Positions 20,641 through 31,155 are shown, counted from the stretch's first letter. The stretch: DNA of 64,000 nucleotides from Myxococcales bacterium (GCA_047601445.1 JASGJH010000001.1:5632001-5696000), one strand, 5' to 3'. The notes: a model not told the origin generated them from the letters alone. Numbers and translations: made by a program.

Positions 20641-22377
20641 ATGTCCGTCGTCTCGATTGTCCGCCACCCGTTGAGCAAGCTCTTCACGTCCGCGGGGTTG
20701 TTCGCCATTGCCTTCGGCCTGCCCGCCCACGCCGAGCCCGCGCCTACGCCGGTGGCGATCCCGCTGCAGGCCGCGCCCGTGCCGGTGCAAGTGGTGCCCG
20801 TGGCCCCGAGCGCCCCCGTGGTGCCCGTGCAGGTGGCGGACGCAACGCCGCGACCCATCGTGCCGGCAGCGGCCCTCGCGCCAGCAGCGGCGGCTCCCGT
20901 GCCTCAGCCTCAGCCTGCGATGCCCGCGCCGGCGCCCGTACAGATCACGCCGCCGCCGATGCCTGCTCCGGCGCCCGTGCAGATGACGCCACCGTCCATG
21001 CAGCCGAGCGCCGCCCAGTACGCGCCGCAACCCGCGCAGGCCGTACCCGCCAGCTACACGCTCTCGCCCTCGCCCTCTGCGCCGGCGGAACAGCTGCCTT
21101 TCTCGACCACGGTCACGTCCACCGTGGCCGGCACGGTCATCACGCCCACGCCGAATCCGCTGCGACCCGAAGAGATCACGCGTCGCCAGGCCGAGTATCT
21201 GCAGCAGCGCTTCGATCTGGCGGGTCGCACCCATCCCACGGTCAAGATGTCGGGCGGTCGCAAATCGATCCCGGTCGGGCCCACGGCGCGCCTGGCAGCG
21301 GGCGTGACCTGGGACCGCCTGGGTCGCATGTCGCCCGAGGAGATCAAGAAGCGTGGGGCCTTCCCCTATGCGCCTCTGTGGCATCCGGCGCAGGAGAAGG
21401 GCGGCATGGTGTTCCCGCCCGTGCAGACGGGCGTGATGGTGGGGCTCGATCGCAGCGACATGCTGTTCGATCTGCCCGATGCCTACTTGCCGGAATTCCC
21501 CGCGCCCATCTACCTCACCAGCCGGCCTGATCTCGGCGACGTGAGCCAGGGCCAGCTGCTCACGCAGCACAACGTCGATACGCTGCTGGGCGAGGTGCTC
21601 ACGCCCGAGCAGCTCGAGGGCGCCAAGCTGATGCTCGAGCGCACGCCAGCCAAGCACCACAACATGAGCCAGGTCCGCGCCACGGCGCACCCGGTGCCCG
21701 GCGTCGCCTGCATGGACTGCCACGTCAACGGCCACACCACGGGTCAGTTCACGCTCACGCCCGACATGCGCCCGCAGAGCGAGCGCTTTCGCGTGGACAC
21801 GGCGTCGCTGCGCGGCGTGTACGTGCAGTCGTGGTTCGGCGTGAAGCGCTCCCTGCGCAGCCTCGAGCAGTTCATTCCGAGCGAGCAGGCCGCCTATTTC
21901 GATGGCGATGCCCAGGCCGTCCGCAGCCATGACGGGCGCATGTTGACAGCCGAGGAAGTGGACGCGATCGCGCAGTTCATCCGGCTCGTGGACTTCGCAC
22001 CGGCACCCAAGCTCACGGCCAGCGGCGCGCTCGACAAGAAGCTCGCCAGCGAGGCCGAGCTGCGGGGCGAGAAGGTCTTCGCGCAACACTGCGCGAGTTG
22101 CCACGCCAGCCAGACGTTCACCGACAACCTGGCCCATGACCTCAAAGTGGAGCGTTTCTACGATCACGTCGGCTCGACGCGCCCGGGGGTGGCCGGACGC
22201 GCCGAAGGAGCCGTGAAGACGCCCAGTTTGCGCGGCCTCAAGGATTCGCCCCCCTATCTGCACGACGGACGCTTGCTAACCCTCGAGGACACCGTGGAGT
22301 TCTTCAACATCGTGCTCCAGGCCAAGCTCGACAAGAAGCAGCGCAACGATCTAGTCGAGTATCTTCGGGCTCTTTAA
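20641..22377 (+). CDS. Exported di-heme cytochrome c of the bCcP/MauG superfamily with a long Pro/Ala-rich N-terminal linker
   Basis: Signal peptide; CMDCH and CASCH heme motifs; KTPSLRG...SPPYLHDGRLLTLEDTVEFF. Confidence 0.85.
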   Translation: MSVVSIVRHPLSKLFTSAGLFAIAFGLPAHAEPAPTPVAIPLQAAPVPVQVVPVAPSAPVVPVQVADATPRPIVPAAALAPAAAAPVPQPQPAMPAPAPVQITPPPMPAPAPVQMTPPSMQPSAAQYAPQPAQAVPASYTLSPSPSAPAEQLPFSTTVTSTVAGTVITPTPNPLRPEEITRRQAEYLQQRFDLAGRTHPTVKMSGGRKSIPVGPTARLAAGVTWDRLGRMSPEEIKKRGAFPYAPLWHPAQEKGGMVFPPVQTGVMVGLDRSDMLFDLPDAYLPEFPAPIYLTSRPDLGDVSQGQLLTQHNVDTLLGEVLTPEQLEGAKLMLERTPAKHHNMSQVRATAHPVPGVACMDCHVNGHTTGQFTLTPDMRPQSERFRVDTASLRGVYVQSWFGVKRSLRSLEQFIPSEQAAYFDGDAQAVRSHDGRMLTAEEVDAIAQFIRLVDFAPAPKLTASGALDKKLASEAELRGEKVFAQHCASCHASQTFTDNLAHDLKVERFYDHVGSTRPGVAGRAEGAVKTPSLRGLKDSPPYLHDGRLLTLEDTVEFFNIVLQAKLDKKQRNDLVEYLRAL

Positions 22378-22380
22378 GAA

Positions 22381-22460
22381 CGGGGAGGGCACGCGCCCTC
22401 CCCGCCCCGCGCGGCAAAGCCGCGTCGGGCCCACCCCGCCGCGTGGTTCGCTGCGCTTAC
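22381..22460 (+). repeat. REP-like multi-hairpin intergenic element, copy 1
   Basis: cggggagggc-acgc-gccctccccg, then cgcggc-aaa-gccgcg, then ggttcgctgcgct; near-identical copy at 31156-31237; begins 4 nt after a stop codon. Confidence 0.8.
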
Positions 22461-22941
22461 GGTGGACCCCTCCATCACTACGAGGGCACGCGCCCTCTGC
22501 GCGTTCGGGCAAGATTGGCGCACTCGATTGCGACAGCTGTAGCGCGCTGCGACATCCCACGTTGGCAGCGCCATCATTCTGGCGTCGAAGTCGAAATCGA
22601 TCTGACATCCAATGCTCACCGAAATGCGTTAGGAATGGTGAATCGGGGTGGGGACCCCGTGAGTTCGTGAACGCACGCGCGGCTGCGCGGGCGTCTCGTG
22701 CTCTGCTCTGCCAAGCCGTGAACCTCAGCATGGATCTTGCTCTCTGCCCGTGACGTCGTGAGTTTGACGACTCGTGACGCCGTGACGATTGCCTCCGTAG
22801 ATTGACCGCTTTGGGCGCCTGCACCGCGCGTCCACTCACCCCGCCGTATCCAGCTGATTTCCCGCGCGCTCCAACCTGGTGCGCGGTGTTTCGGCTCAGG
22901 CTTTTGCCCGCGCGCAGGCGCGCATGAGGACGAGGAACAAC

Positions 22942-24045
22942 GTGCGTATCGCCCAGATTGCACCGCTGACCGAGAGCATCCCGCCCCGCCTCCACGGCGG
23001 GAAGGCCCGCGCCATCTCCTATCTCACGGAGGAGCTGTGCGACTTGGGACACCAAGTCACCCTGTTCGCCAGCGGCGACTCGCTGACACGGGCGAAGCTT
23101 CATGCCGGCTCGAGCGTGGCGCTCGGGCCCGTGCTCGCCGGAGCGCGTGAGGTAGAAGTCGCCGAGGCGCACCGCGAGATGCTCCACGCGTTGTACGCGC
23201 AGCGCGAGCGCTTCGATGTAATCCACTTCCACCTGGATGATTGGCACCTCCTGTATCCGCCTCTACTCGAGACCTGCCACCTGACCAGCGTGCACGCTCC
23301 CTTGCACGGATCCGACGTGGCCCTGCGCACGCGCTTGAACCACCGGGGGCTGCGTCTGATGAGCGTGTCTGAGCACCAGCGCGAGGCGCTGCCCCGAGCG
23401 CACTGGCTCGGCAGCGTGCACCACGGCCTGCCCGATGGTTTCTGCCGGCCCTGCTTCGAGCCGGGGCGCTACCTGGTGTTCGTGGGTCGCGTTGGCCCCG
23501 AACGTGGGGTCGAGCAGGCGGTGACGATCGCGCGGGCCTTCGGTCTACCACTCAAGATTGCTGGCCGCGTCGAGCGCGCGGATCACGCGTTCTTTCGCGC
23601 GCTGCAAGCGAGCTTTCGGGCGAACGGAGTCGAGTACCTGGGAGAGTTGGACGAGCTGCGCAAGGACGAGCTGCTCGCGGGGGCCTACGCACTGCTCCAG
23701 CCCGGTCAAATCCCGGAGTCCTTCGCGCTCCCGGTCATCGAGGCCATGCAGTGCGGCACGCCGGTGGTGGGTCTTCGCTCGAGCGGGGTGGCAGAGCTCA
23801 TCGAAGAGGCCGTCACCGGGTTCGTGGTGAACGATGTGAGCGCGGCCACGGCCGCCCTGCATCGGGTGCCTCAGCTCGATCGCAACTACGTGGCCTGCTC
23901 GGCGCGACATCGCTTCTCCGCGCGACGCATGGCCCGGGACTACCTGCGCTGGTACGCCCGCAGCATCGCCCGGGAGCCGAGCGTTTCCTCGTCGATCGCC
24001 CACGAGACCAACGACGGGCACGCCTTCGCAGAGCCCGGCGAATAG
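22942..24045 (+). CDS. Glycosyltransferase family 4
   Basis: VRIAQIAPLTESIPP, LFASGDS, FVGRVGPERG and ESFALPVIEAMQCGTPVV motifs; GAGGA RBS before GTG. Confidence 0.9.
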   Translation: MRIAQIAPLTESIPPRLHGGKARAISYLTEELCDLGHQVTLFASGDSLTRAKLHAGSSVALGPVLAGAREVEVAEAHREMLHALYAQRERFDVIHFHLDDWHLLYPPLLETCHLTSVHAPLHGSDVALRTRLNHRGLRLMSVSEHQREALPRAHWLGSVHHGLPDGFCRPCFEPGRYLVFVGRVGPERGVEQAVTIARAFGLPLKIAGRVERADHAFFRALQASFRANGVEYLGELDELRKDELLAGAYALLQPGQIPESFALPVIEAMQCGTPVVGLRSSGVAELIEEAVTGFVVNDVSAATAALHRVPQLDRNYVACSARHRFSARRMARDYLRWYARSIAREPSVSSSIAHETNDGHAFAEPGE

Positions 24046-24055
24046 GACCGCAGCC

Positions 24056-24640
24056 TCAGCGCGGCAGCTTGCTGAAGTGGTGATAGTCCTGCATGTCGCG
24101 AAAGTGACCTCCCCAGTACCAGCCGTGGGCCGCGAAGGTTTCGATCACCGGCCCCGGATCCACGATCATGCCCGCCCGCGCTAGGTCCCGCGCCAGGTAC
24201 GCACGGCCGGCCTCCGGATCGACCCGCTCGCCCCGTACCCAGGGGTTCTGAATCGGGTTCAAATCGATGGCCTTTCCGAGCGCATGGTGGGAGAGCAGCG
24301 CGCTGCCCTGAATGCGACGAAAGTTGAACGCCGAGCTGTTGTTGGCGGTCATGGAGGCATCGTCGTTGCCGCCGTAGGCGTCGATGCGCTGCATCCGCTC
24401 GATGGCGAAGCCGAGCTCGAACAGGCGCGCGAAGATCTGCTCCACCTCCTGGGACACGTCGCGGTGAACGACCAACTCGCCCTGATGGATCGCGCCGTCG
24501 AAGCCGTGATGGGACAGCGTGAGGAGGCGGAGCTCGTCGAACGCAGGGCATTGCGGATCCGGGTGCCAGGAGCGCCCGCTCATCTCCAGACGGACGTGCT
24601 CCGGGATCTCTGCGCTGACGAACGTGAAGGCTTGGTTCAT
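24056..24640 (-). CDS. M15-family metallopeptidase (cell-wall carboxypeptidase-like)
   Basis: NNSSAFNFR...LSHHALGKAIDLNP...WGG...DYHHF. Confidence 0.9.
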   Translation of the reverse strand: MNQAFTFVSAEIPEHVRLEMSGRSWHPDPQCPAFDELRLLTLSHHGFDGAIHQGELVVHRDVSQEVEQIFARLFELGFAIERMQRIDAYGGNDDASMTANNSSAFNFRRIQGSALLSHHALGKAIDLNPIQNPWVRGERVDPEAGRAYLARDLARAGMIVDPGPVIETFAAHGWYWGGHFRDMQDYHHFSKLPR

Positions 24641-25038
24641 GGGGTCGACTCGAAGTTCACAAGCTTACTTGCTCCAGGATAGGGACGCCTCCAGGACACA
24701 ACGCGAAAATCGGGCATCGATCGCGCTGGCAGTGCTCGCGCGATGTGCGTCACGCAAATGCTCCAGGTCTGAGGCTCACGCGACAGAGAACGAGCGCAAC
24801 GTTCTTGAGTAAGCGCCACTGAGAGCGCGCGCAATGGCCGTTGACTTTCTCTCGACGGTCGACTCAAGTCTGCTGAATAATTGATCGTGACCGCGCGCTA
24901 CTCGGCGCGCTTCGACACTCATGCATTACGTCCCGGCAGCGTTCCCATCGAGGAACACGCGAGCCGGGGCGCTAGCTTGTTTTCACGGAGAAGTTACGGT
25001 TCTTGTGGGGCGCGGGGGCGCCGAAGAAGGGGCGGGAA

Positions 25039-26331
25039 ATGACGATTGCGAGACAGACTTTGCATGCTGCTTTGGTTTCGCTGCTACAGGCCGAGCGCCG
25101 TGTCTCACCGCTCGTGAGGCCGCGCTGGAATAGCTTGTTTCGCGCCCCCTCTGCTGCCGCGATCCAGTTCCTCATCTCCCAGCGCCGCACCATTCGCGAA
25201 AGCCTCGGCTTGGCCCAGGAGCGCGCCATCCTCGGCGAGGAAGCCTTCCTGGACTCGATCCTCCACGACATGGGCGAGCTCCTCACGCGTGGCCCCGGAC
25301 CCGACTCCGAGCGGCCTGGCGATCTCGAGGGTTCAGGCCACATCAAGTCCCACGGCGCCGTGCGCGCCGAACTCAGCGTGCGACACGACGTACCCGCCGC
25401 CATGCAGCGCGGCTTGTTCGCGCGTCCGCGCACGTACCGCGCCTGGGTTCAGTTCAGCACCCACGGCGGCGCTCAGGCCCGCGACCTGGACCTGCTCGGC
25501 CCGCTGGGCATGAACATCAAGCTGCTCGGCGTGCCTGGACCCAAGCTGCTCGACGACGAGCGCCAGACCCACGATCTCATCGCCAGCAGCGTACCCACCG
25601 GCGCCACCCCCGACGTGCGCGCCGACGCCGAGCTCCAGGGTGAGCTCCTGCGGGGCACCCCGCTCTTCTACTTCTTCAACCGCAAGGAGCCGCGCATCCT
25701 CGAGTTCCTGATGCAGCTCCTGTGGAACCACACCCAGACCAGCCCGCTCGAGTGCGACTACTTCAGCGGCGCGCCCTACCTGCTCGGCGAAGGTCAGGCC
25801 ATGAAGTTCACCTTGCGCAGCCGCCTGCAGACGCGGAGCCGCATCCCGCGCCTCTTGCGTGGCCCGTCGCCTCACTATCTGCGCGAGAACATGGCGCGCA
25901 CCCTGTCCAACGAGGCGGTGGAGTTCGACTTGCTGCTGCAGGTACAGACCGATCCCCACCGGATGCCCATCGAGGACTCCACCGTGATGTGGCCCGAGCA
26001 CATGTCTCCCCACGTCCCCGTGGCCGTGCTGCGCATTCCCCAGCAGACCTTCGACTCACCCGGTCAGCTCGCTTTCGCCGAGTCACTCCAGTTCAATCCG
26101 TGGCACGCCATCCCGGCGCACCGCCCGCTCGGCAATCAAAACCGGGCCCGTCGCCGTACGTACTGGGAGCTGCTGCGGCTGCGCCAGAGCCAGAACGCCG
26201 AGCCTCCCTGCGAGCCCACCGGCGACGAGGTGTTCGACATCTCCATGCCCAGCGGCCCGGGTGGGCGCGCAGCGTGGGCTCGCCCGCACAAGAACGGCGG
26301 GGCCGGCGAGCTGCGACCTCGGTTGCACTGA
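25039..26331 (+). CDS. Catalase-like heme-binding protein
   Basis: HIKSHGAVRAE, IKLLGVPG, PIED and FNPWHAIPAHRPLGNQNRARRRTY motifs. Confidence 0.85.
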   Translation: MTIARQTLHAALVSLLQAERRVSPLVRPRWNSLFRAPSAAAIQFLISQRRTIRESLGLAQERAILGEEAFLDSILHDMGELLTRGPGPDSERPGDLEGSGHIKSHGAVRAELSVRHDVPAAMQRGLFARPRTYRAWVQFSTHGGAQARDLDLLGPLGMNIKLLGVPGPKLLDDERQTHDLIASSVPTGATPDVRADAELQGELLRGTPLFYFFNRKEPRILEFLMQLLWNHTQTSPLECDYFSGAPYLLGEGQAMKFTLRSRLQTRSRIPRLLRGPSPHYLRENMARTLSNEAVEFDLLLQVQTDPHRMPIEDSTVMWPEHMSPHVPVAVLRIPQQTFDSPGQLAFAESLQFNPWHAIPAHRPLGNQNRARRRTYWELLRLRQSQNAEPPCEPTGDEVFDISMPSGPGGRAAWARPHKNGGAGELRPRLH

Positions 26332-26419
26332 GCGGGCGACCGCAGCGAACCGACCTGGGTTCCGGGCACCTAGTAGCGATCGCAGCGAGCTTCCAGCTTC
26401 TTGTATCCCATGAGAGCCC

Positions 26420-28585
26420 ATGCCATACGGGGGTATGCGGCGGACTTGGCTGGGCTTCATGGCCCTGGTGCTGCTCTTCGCGATCGGCTGCAAGGACAAG
26501 AGCGGAAACAGCCACGCGGGGAGCGCGAACGACTCCGGCCCGCTGGTGATCGGCGCGTTCTTCTCCATGACTGGTTCGATGGCCACTTTCGGCATCACCA
26601 GCATTCGCGGCGCGCAGATGGCGGTGGACGAGATCAACGCGGCCGGCGGCATCAAGGGCCGCAAGCTCGAGCTCGCGGTCTTGGATGATCAGGGCAAGAC
26701 CGACGAGGCCACCAGCGCGGTAACGCGCCTGATCGACGTGAGTCACGCGACCGCCATCATCGGCGAGGTCGCCTCCACGCTTTCCCTGGCAGGCGGACGC
26801 ATCGCCCAGCGCCGGCAGATCCCGATGGTCTCGCCCTCGAGCACCAACCCCAAGGTCACCCAGATCGGCGACTACGTGTTCCGGGTGTGTTTCCTGGATC
26901 CGTTCCAGGGCTTCGCCATGGCGAAGTTCGCGCGCGAGCATCTGAAGCTCCACAAGGTCGCGGTGCTGAAGGACGTGCGCAACGACTACTCCATCGGCCT
27001 CAGCCACGCGTTCATCGAGGCGTTCCAGAAGATGGGCGGTGAGATCGTGGCGGTGGAGAGCTACAGCGCGGGCGACACCGAGTACAGCGCTCAGCTCACC
27101 AAGCTCAAGGACACAGGCCTGCAAGGACTCTACGTACCCGGTTACTACACCGAGGTGGGTGCCATCGCGCGCCAGGCGCGTCGCCTGGGCATCACGGTGC
27201 CCATGATGGGCGGCGACGGCTGGGAGAGCCCCGAGCTGCGCAGCATCGGCGGCAAGGACATCGTGGGCTCCTACTTCTCGAACCACTTCGCCCACGACCA
27301 GCCGTCCCCCACGGCCAAGAAGTTCACCAGCGCCTACGAGGCCAAGTTCCACGAACCCACCCCGGCTCTGGCCTCGCTCGGGTACGACGCAGTGATGGTG
27401 ATCGCGGGCGCCATGCAGCGGGCCCCGCAGCTCACGCCCAAGGCCATCCGAGACGCCCTCGCCGAAACCAACGAATTCGCGGCGGTCACCGGCAAGCTCA
27501 CGCTGGACGAGAACCGCAACCCCGTGAAGCCCGCCGTGGTGGTGCGCGTGACCGATGAAGGAGAGGTCTTCGAAGCGGAGATCGCCCCGGGCGGTGCGGC
27601 GCGCAAGGTGGCCGTGGTGAACGCAGGGCCCCAGCTCGGACCGCAGCTGGGAAACAGCGCCCAGGGCAACCGCCTGGCCACCTTCTTTCAGCAGCTGGTC
27701 AACGGCCTCTCGATCGGCTCCATCTACGCGCTGATCGCGCTCGGCTACACCATGGTTTATGGCGTGCTCAAGCTGATCAACTTTGCTCACTCCGAAGTGT
27801 TCATGGTGGGCGGCTTCGCCGGCCTGTTCAGCGCCCTGGGTCTCGGATTCGATCCCGCCAAGCCCGAGTCCTTTGGCGCCGGGCGCGCCCTGCTCGTTCT
27901 GCTTTTGGCCATGATTGCCTGCGCTTTGCTCGGCGTGATCATCGAGCGTTTCGCCTATCGCCCGCTGCGCCATGCCCAGCGGCTAGCACCCTTGATCACT
28001 GCGATCGGTGTCTCGATCTTGCTCCAGAACCTGGGCATCCTGCTGTTCGGCGCCAACCCGCGCTCTTTCCCGATGATCGTGAGTGAGACCCGCTACCAGC
28101 TCGGCGGCGTGGTGCTCACCAACATCAAGCTCATGATCTTCGTGCTCAGCGCGCTCCTGATGCTGGCCCTGCAGTACCTCATCCAGCACACCTGGACCGG
28201 CAAGGCCATGCGGGCGCTGTCGGTGAACCTGGCCGCCGCCAAGCTGATGGGCATCTCGGTGAACCGCGTGATCGCCTTCACCTTCATCGTGGGCTCCGCG
28301 CTGGCCGCGGCGGGCGGCATCCTGTTCGGACTGGACCAGGCCAAGATCGAGCCCCTGATGGGCGTGATGGTGGGCCTGAAGGCCTTCGTGGCGGCCGTGC
28401 TCGGGGGCATCGGCAGCATTCCGGGCGCCGCCGTCGGAGGGGTGTTGATCGGCGTCGCAGAGCAGCTCACGGCGGGTTATCTGTCGGCGGACTACCGCGA
28501 CGCGATCACCTTCGCGATCTTGATCGGGGTGCTCTTGGTGCGGCCACAGGGGTTGTTCGGCAGCGTGAAGATCGAGAAGGTCTGA
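26420..28585 (+). CDS. Branched-chain amino acid ABC transporter: substrate-binding (LivK/LivJ) domain fused to LivH permease
   Basis: Lipobox IGC; AVDEINAAGGIKGRKLEL binding-protein motif; in-frame QQLVNGLSIGSIYALIALGYTMVYGVLKLINFAH (LivH signature). Confidence 0.9.
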   Translation: MPYGGMRRTWLGFMALVLLFAIGCKDKSGNSHAGSANDSGPLVIGAFFSMTGSMATFGITSIRGAQMAVDEINAAGGIKGRKLELAVLDDQGKTDEATSAVTRLIDVSHATAIIGEVASTLSLAGGRIAQRRQIPMVSPSSTNPKVTQIGDYVFRVCFLDPFQGFAMAKFAREHLKLHKVAVLKDVRNDYSIGLSHAFIEAFQKMGGEIVAVESYSAGDTEYSAQLTKLKDTGLQGLYVPGYYTEVGAIARQARRLGITVPMMGGDGWESPELRSIGGKDIVGSYFSNHFAHDQPSPTAKKFTSAYEAKFHEPTPALASLGYDAVMVIAGAMQRAPQLTPKAIRDALAETNEFAAVTGKLTLDENRNPVKPAVVVRVTDEGEVFEAEIAPGGAARKVAVVNAGPQLGPQLGNSAQGNRLATFFQQLVNGLSIGSIYALIALGYTMVYGVLKLINFAHSEVFMVGGFAGLFSALGLGFDPAKPESFGAGRALLVLLLAMIACALLGVIIERFAYRPLRHAQRLAPLITAIGVSILLQNLGILLFGANPRSFPMIVSETRYQLGGVVLTNIKLMIFVLSALLMLALQYLIQHTWTGKAMRALSVNLAAAKLMGISVNRVIAFTFIVGSALAAAGGILFGLDQAKIEPLMGVMVGLKAFVAAVLGGIGSIPGAAVGGVLIGVAEQLTAGYLSADYRDAITFAILIGVLLVRPQGLFGSVKIEKV

Positions 28586-29596
28586 ATGGGGATGTGGCTC
28601 AAACGGGCGCTGTTCGCCTCGGTGCTCCTGGCCGCTGCCTACCTGGTGGGAGGGCTGCTCGAAGACAACGTCATCGAGTACGTGGTCCGCATCATCCTGT
28701 TCTGCGGCATCAACAGCATCCTCGCGGTGGGACTCAACCTGATCAACGGCACCACGGGACAGTTCTCCATCGGCCACGCGGGCTTCATGGCGGTGGGGGC
28801 CTACACCACGGCCTTCACGGCCATCCACCTGGAGAACACCCTCTTCCCCTCGCAAGCTGGGCACTTGCCGCTCGGCGACGTGGCCATCGTGTTCACGCTC
28901 TCGCTGCTGGCCGGGGCGCTGCTCTCGAGCTTGAGCGGGCTCGTGGTGGGCGTGCCGAGCTTGCGCCTGCGGGGCGACTATCTGGCCATCGTGACGCTGG
29001 GTTTCGGGGAGATCTTGCGGCTCTTGTTCAACAACGCGAGCTTCCTCGGCGGCGCCACCGGCTACTCGGGCGAGCGCTCGCTCGGGCTGCCCATCTACAC
29101 GAATTTCTTCTGGGTCTTCAGCTGGGCCCTGCTGGTGATCAGCCTGCTCGGGAACCTCACGCACTCGAGCTACGGGCGGGCCCTCAGAGCCATTCGCGAC
29201 GACGAGATCGCGGCCGAGGCCTGCGGCATCCCCACCACCCGCTTCAAGGTGTTGGCCTTCGTGATCAGCGCGGCGGCGGCGGGCATCGCGGGCGGGCTGT
29301 TCGCGCACCTGCAGAGCACCATCCGCCCGGACGACTTCAAGTTCGATCGCTCCATCGACATGATCGTGATGATCATCGTAGGGGGCCTCGGCAGCGTCAC
29401 TGGAGCCATCGTGGGCGCCGTCTTCGTGGGCATCACGCTCGAGCTCACGCGTGACCTGCAGCAGTATCGCCTGGTGATCTACGCGCTGCTGTTGATCCTG
29501 TTGATGGTTTTCCGTCCCCAGGGTTTGCTCGGACATCACGAACTCCACGTGGTGCGCTACGTGAAGCGCCTGGTGCGCGGGGGGCAGGCGGCCTGA
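28586..29596 (+). CDS. livM: Branched-chain amino acid ABC permease
   Basis: GQFSIGHAGFMAVGAY and LRLRGDYLAIVTLGFGEI motifs. Confidence 0.93.
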   Translation: MGMWLKRALFASVLLAAAYLVGGLLEDNVIEYVVRIILFCGINSILAVGLNLINGTTGQFSIGHAGFMAVGAYTTAFTAIHLENTLFPSQAGHLPLGDVAIVFTLSLLAGALLSSLSGLVVGVPSLRLRGDYLAIVTLGFGEILRLLFNNASFLGGATGYSGERSLGLPIYTNFFWVFSWALLVISLLGNLTHSSYGRALRAIRDDEIAAEACGIPTTRFKVLAFVISAAAAGIAGGLFAHLQSTIRPDDFKFDRSIDMIVMIIVGGLGSVTGAIVGAVFVGITLELTRDLQQYRLVIYALLLILLMVFRPQGLLGHHELHVVRYVKRLVRGGQAA

Positions 29597-30396
29597 TGCT
29601 GCTTTCCCTGCACGACGTGACCAAGTCCTTCGGCGGCCTGAAGGCCATCGGCGGTGTGAGCTTCGAGGTGGAAGCGAAGCAGATCTTCGGCCTGATCGGG
29701 CCGAACGGGGCGGGCAAGACCACGCTCTTCAACTGCATCACCGGACACTATCGGCCCGACACGGGCGACGTGCGCTTCCAGGGGCAGTCCCTGGTGGGCA
29801 AGAAGCCCTTCCAGATCGCGCTGGCCGGGGTGGCGCGGACCTTCCAGAATGTGCGTTTGTTCGGCGAGATGAGCGTGCGGGAGAACGTGCTGGTGGCCGC
29901 CCATCATCAGACGCGCTCGGGCGTGTTCGGCGCCATGGTGCGTAGCAACGTGTACCGCGCGGACGAAGCTGCTCTCCGGGCGCGCGCCGACGAATTGCTC
30001 GAGATTTTCAGCCTGCGTGAGCTGTGCGAGGAACGCGCGAACTCCCTGCCCTACGGCTCCCAGCGCCGACTCGAGATCGCTCGCGCGCTGATGCTGGAGC
30101 CCAAGCTGCTCTTGCTCGACGAGCCGGCCGCGGGGCTGAACTCGAGCGAAGCCGACAAGCTCAAGGAGCAGATCAAGTGGCTGCGCGAGCGCTTCGCGCT
30201 GACGATCGTGCTGGTGGAGCACAACATGCAGGTGGTGATGGGTGCCTGCGAGCGTGTGCACTGCGTGGATCACGGCGAGACCATCGCCGCCGGCACACCA
30301 GCCGAGATCCAGAGTCATCCCGCCGTGCTCTCGGCGTACCTGGGAGAAGACCCATTGGCAGCGCGCGCCGTGCGCCCAGGAGGCGCCGATGGCTGA
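29596..30396 (+). CDS. livG: Branched-chain amino acid ABC ATPase
   Basis: GPNGAGKTT, ARTFQNVRLF, LPYGSQRRLEIARAL and LLDEPAAG motifs. Confidence 0.93.
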   Translation: MLLSLHDVTKSFGGLKAIGGVSFEVEAKQIFGLIGPNGAGKTTLFNCITGHYRPDTGDVRFQGQSLVGKKPFQIALAGVARTFQNVRLFGEMSVRENVLVAAHHQTRSGVFGAMVRSNVYRADEAALRARADELLEIFSLRELCEERANSLPYGSQRRLEIARALMLEPKLLLLDEPAAGLNSSEADKLKEQIKWLRERFALTIVLVEHNMQVVMGACERVHCVDHGETIAAGTPAEIQSHPAVLSAYLGEDPLAARAVRPGGADG

Positions 30397-31111
30397 GCTG
30401 GCCCTCGAAGTGAAGGATTTGGTGGTGTCCTACGGCGGCATTCGCGCCGTGAAGGGCATCTCCTTGAGCGTGCAGGCCGGGGAGATTGTGGCGCTGCTCG
30501 GGTCCAACGGTGCGGGCAAGACCAGCACGCTGCGCGGGATCGTGCAGCTGGTGAAGGGCCAGGGCCAGGTGCGCGTGTTCGGCAAGGACGTGGGCGCGCT
30601 GGAGACCAACCAGGTGGCCGCGCTCGGGGTGGCTCTGGTGCCCGAAGGGCGCGGGGTGTTCACGGGCATGTCGGTGCGCGAGAACCTGGAGCTCGGGGCT
30701 TACGTGAAGCGTGAGCCGCGCGGCATGGCCGAGCGCATGGGCCGCGTGATGAAGCTGTTCCCACGGCTCGGCGAGCGCCTGCAGCAGGATGCCGGCACGC
30801 TGAGCGGCGGCGAGCAGCAAATGCTGGCCATCGGGCGCGCGTTGATGGCGGACCCGCGCATCATCTTGCTGGACGAGCCGTCGCTCGGTCTGGCACCCAA
30901 GCTGGTAGGGGAGATCTTCGCCGCCATCCGCGAGATCGCCGCCTCGGGCCTCACCATCATGTTGGTGGAACAGAACACGCGGCTCGCGCTGGAGACCGCC
31001 GCGCGGGCCTACGTGCTGGTCACGGGCGAGATGGTCTTGAGCGGCGACGCCAAGCAGTTGCGGGACGACCCACGCATCAAGGCAGCGTACCTGGGTGGCG
31101 CCATTGAATAG
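30389..31111 (+). CDS. livF: Branched-chain amino acid ABC ATPase
   Basis: GSNGAGKT, VPEGRGVF, LSGGEQQMLAIGRAL and LDEPSLGLAP motifs; AGGAGG RBS. Confidence 0.93.
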   Translation: MAELALEVKDLVVSYGGIRAVKGISLSVQAGEIVALLGSNGAGKTSTLRGIVQLVKGQGQVRVFGKDVGALETNQVAALGVALVPEGRGVFTGMSVRENLELGAYVKREPRGMAERMGRVMKLFPRLGERLQQDAGTLSGGEQQMLAIGRALMADPRIILLDEPSLGLAPKLVGEIFAAIREIAASGLTIMLVEQNTRLALETAARAYVLVTGEMVLSGDAKQLRDDPRIKAAYLGGAIE

Positions 31112-31155
31112 TGTGCAGCCAAAGCTGCCGCCGACGGCCACGTGAGCCTGGTTCA

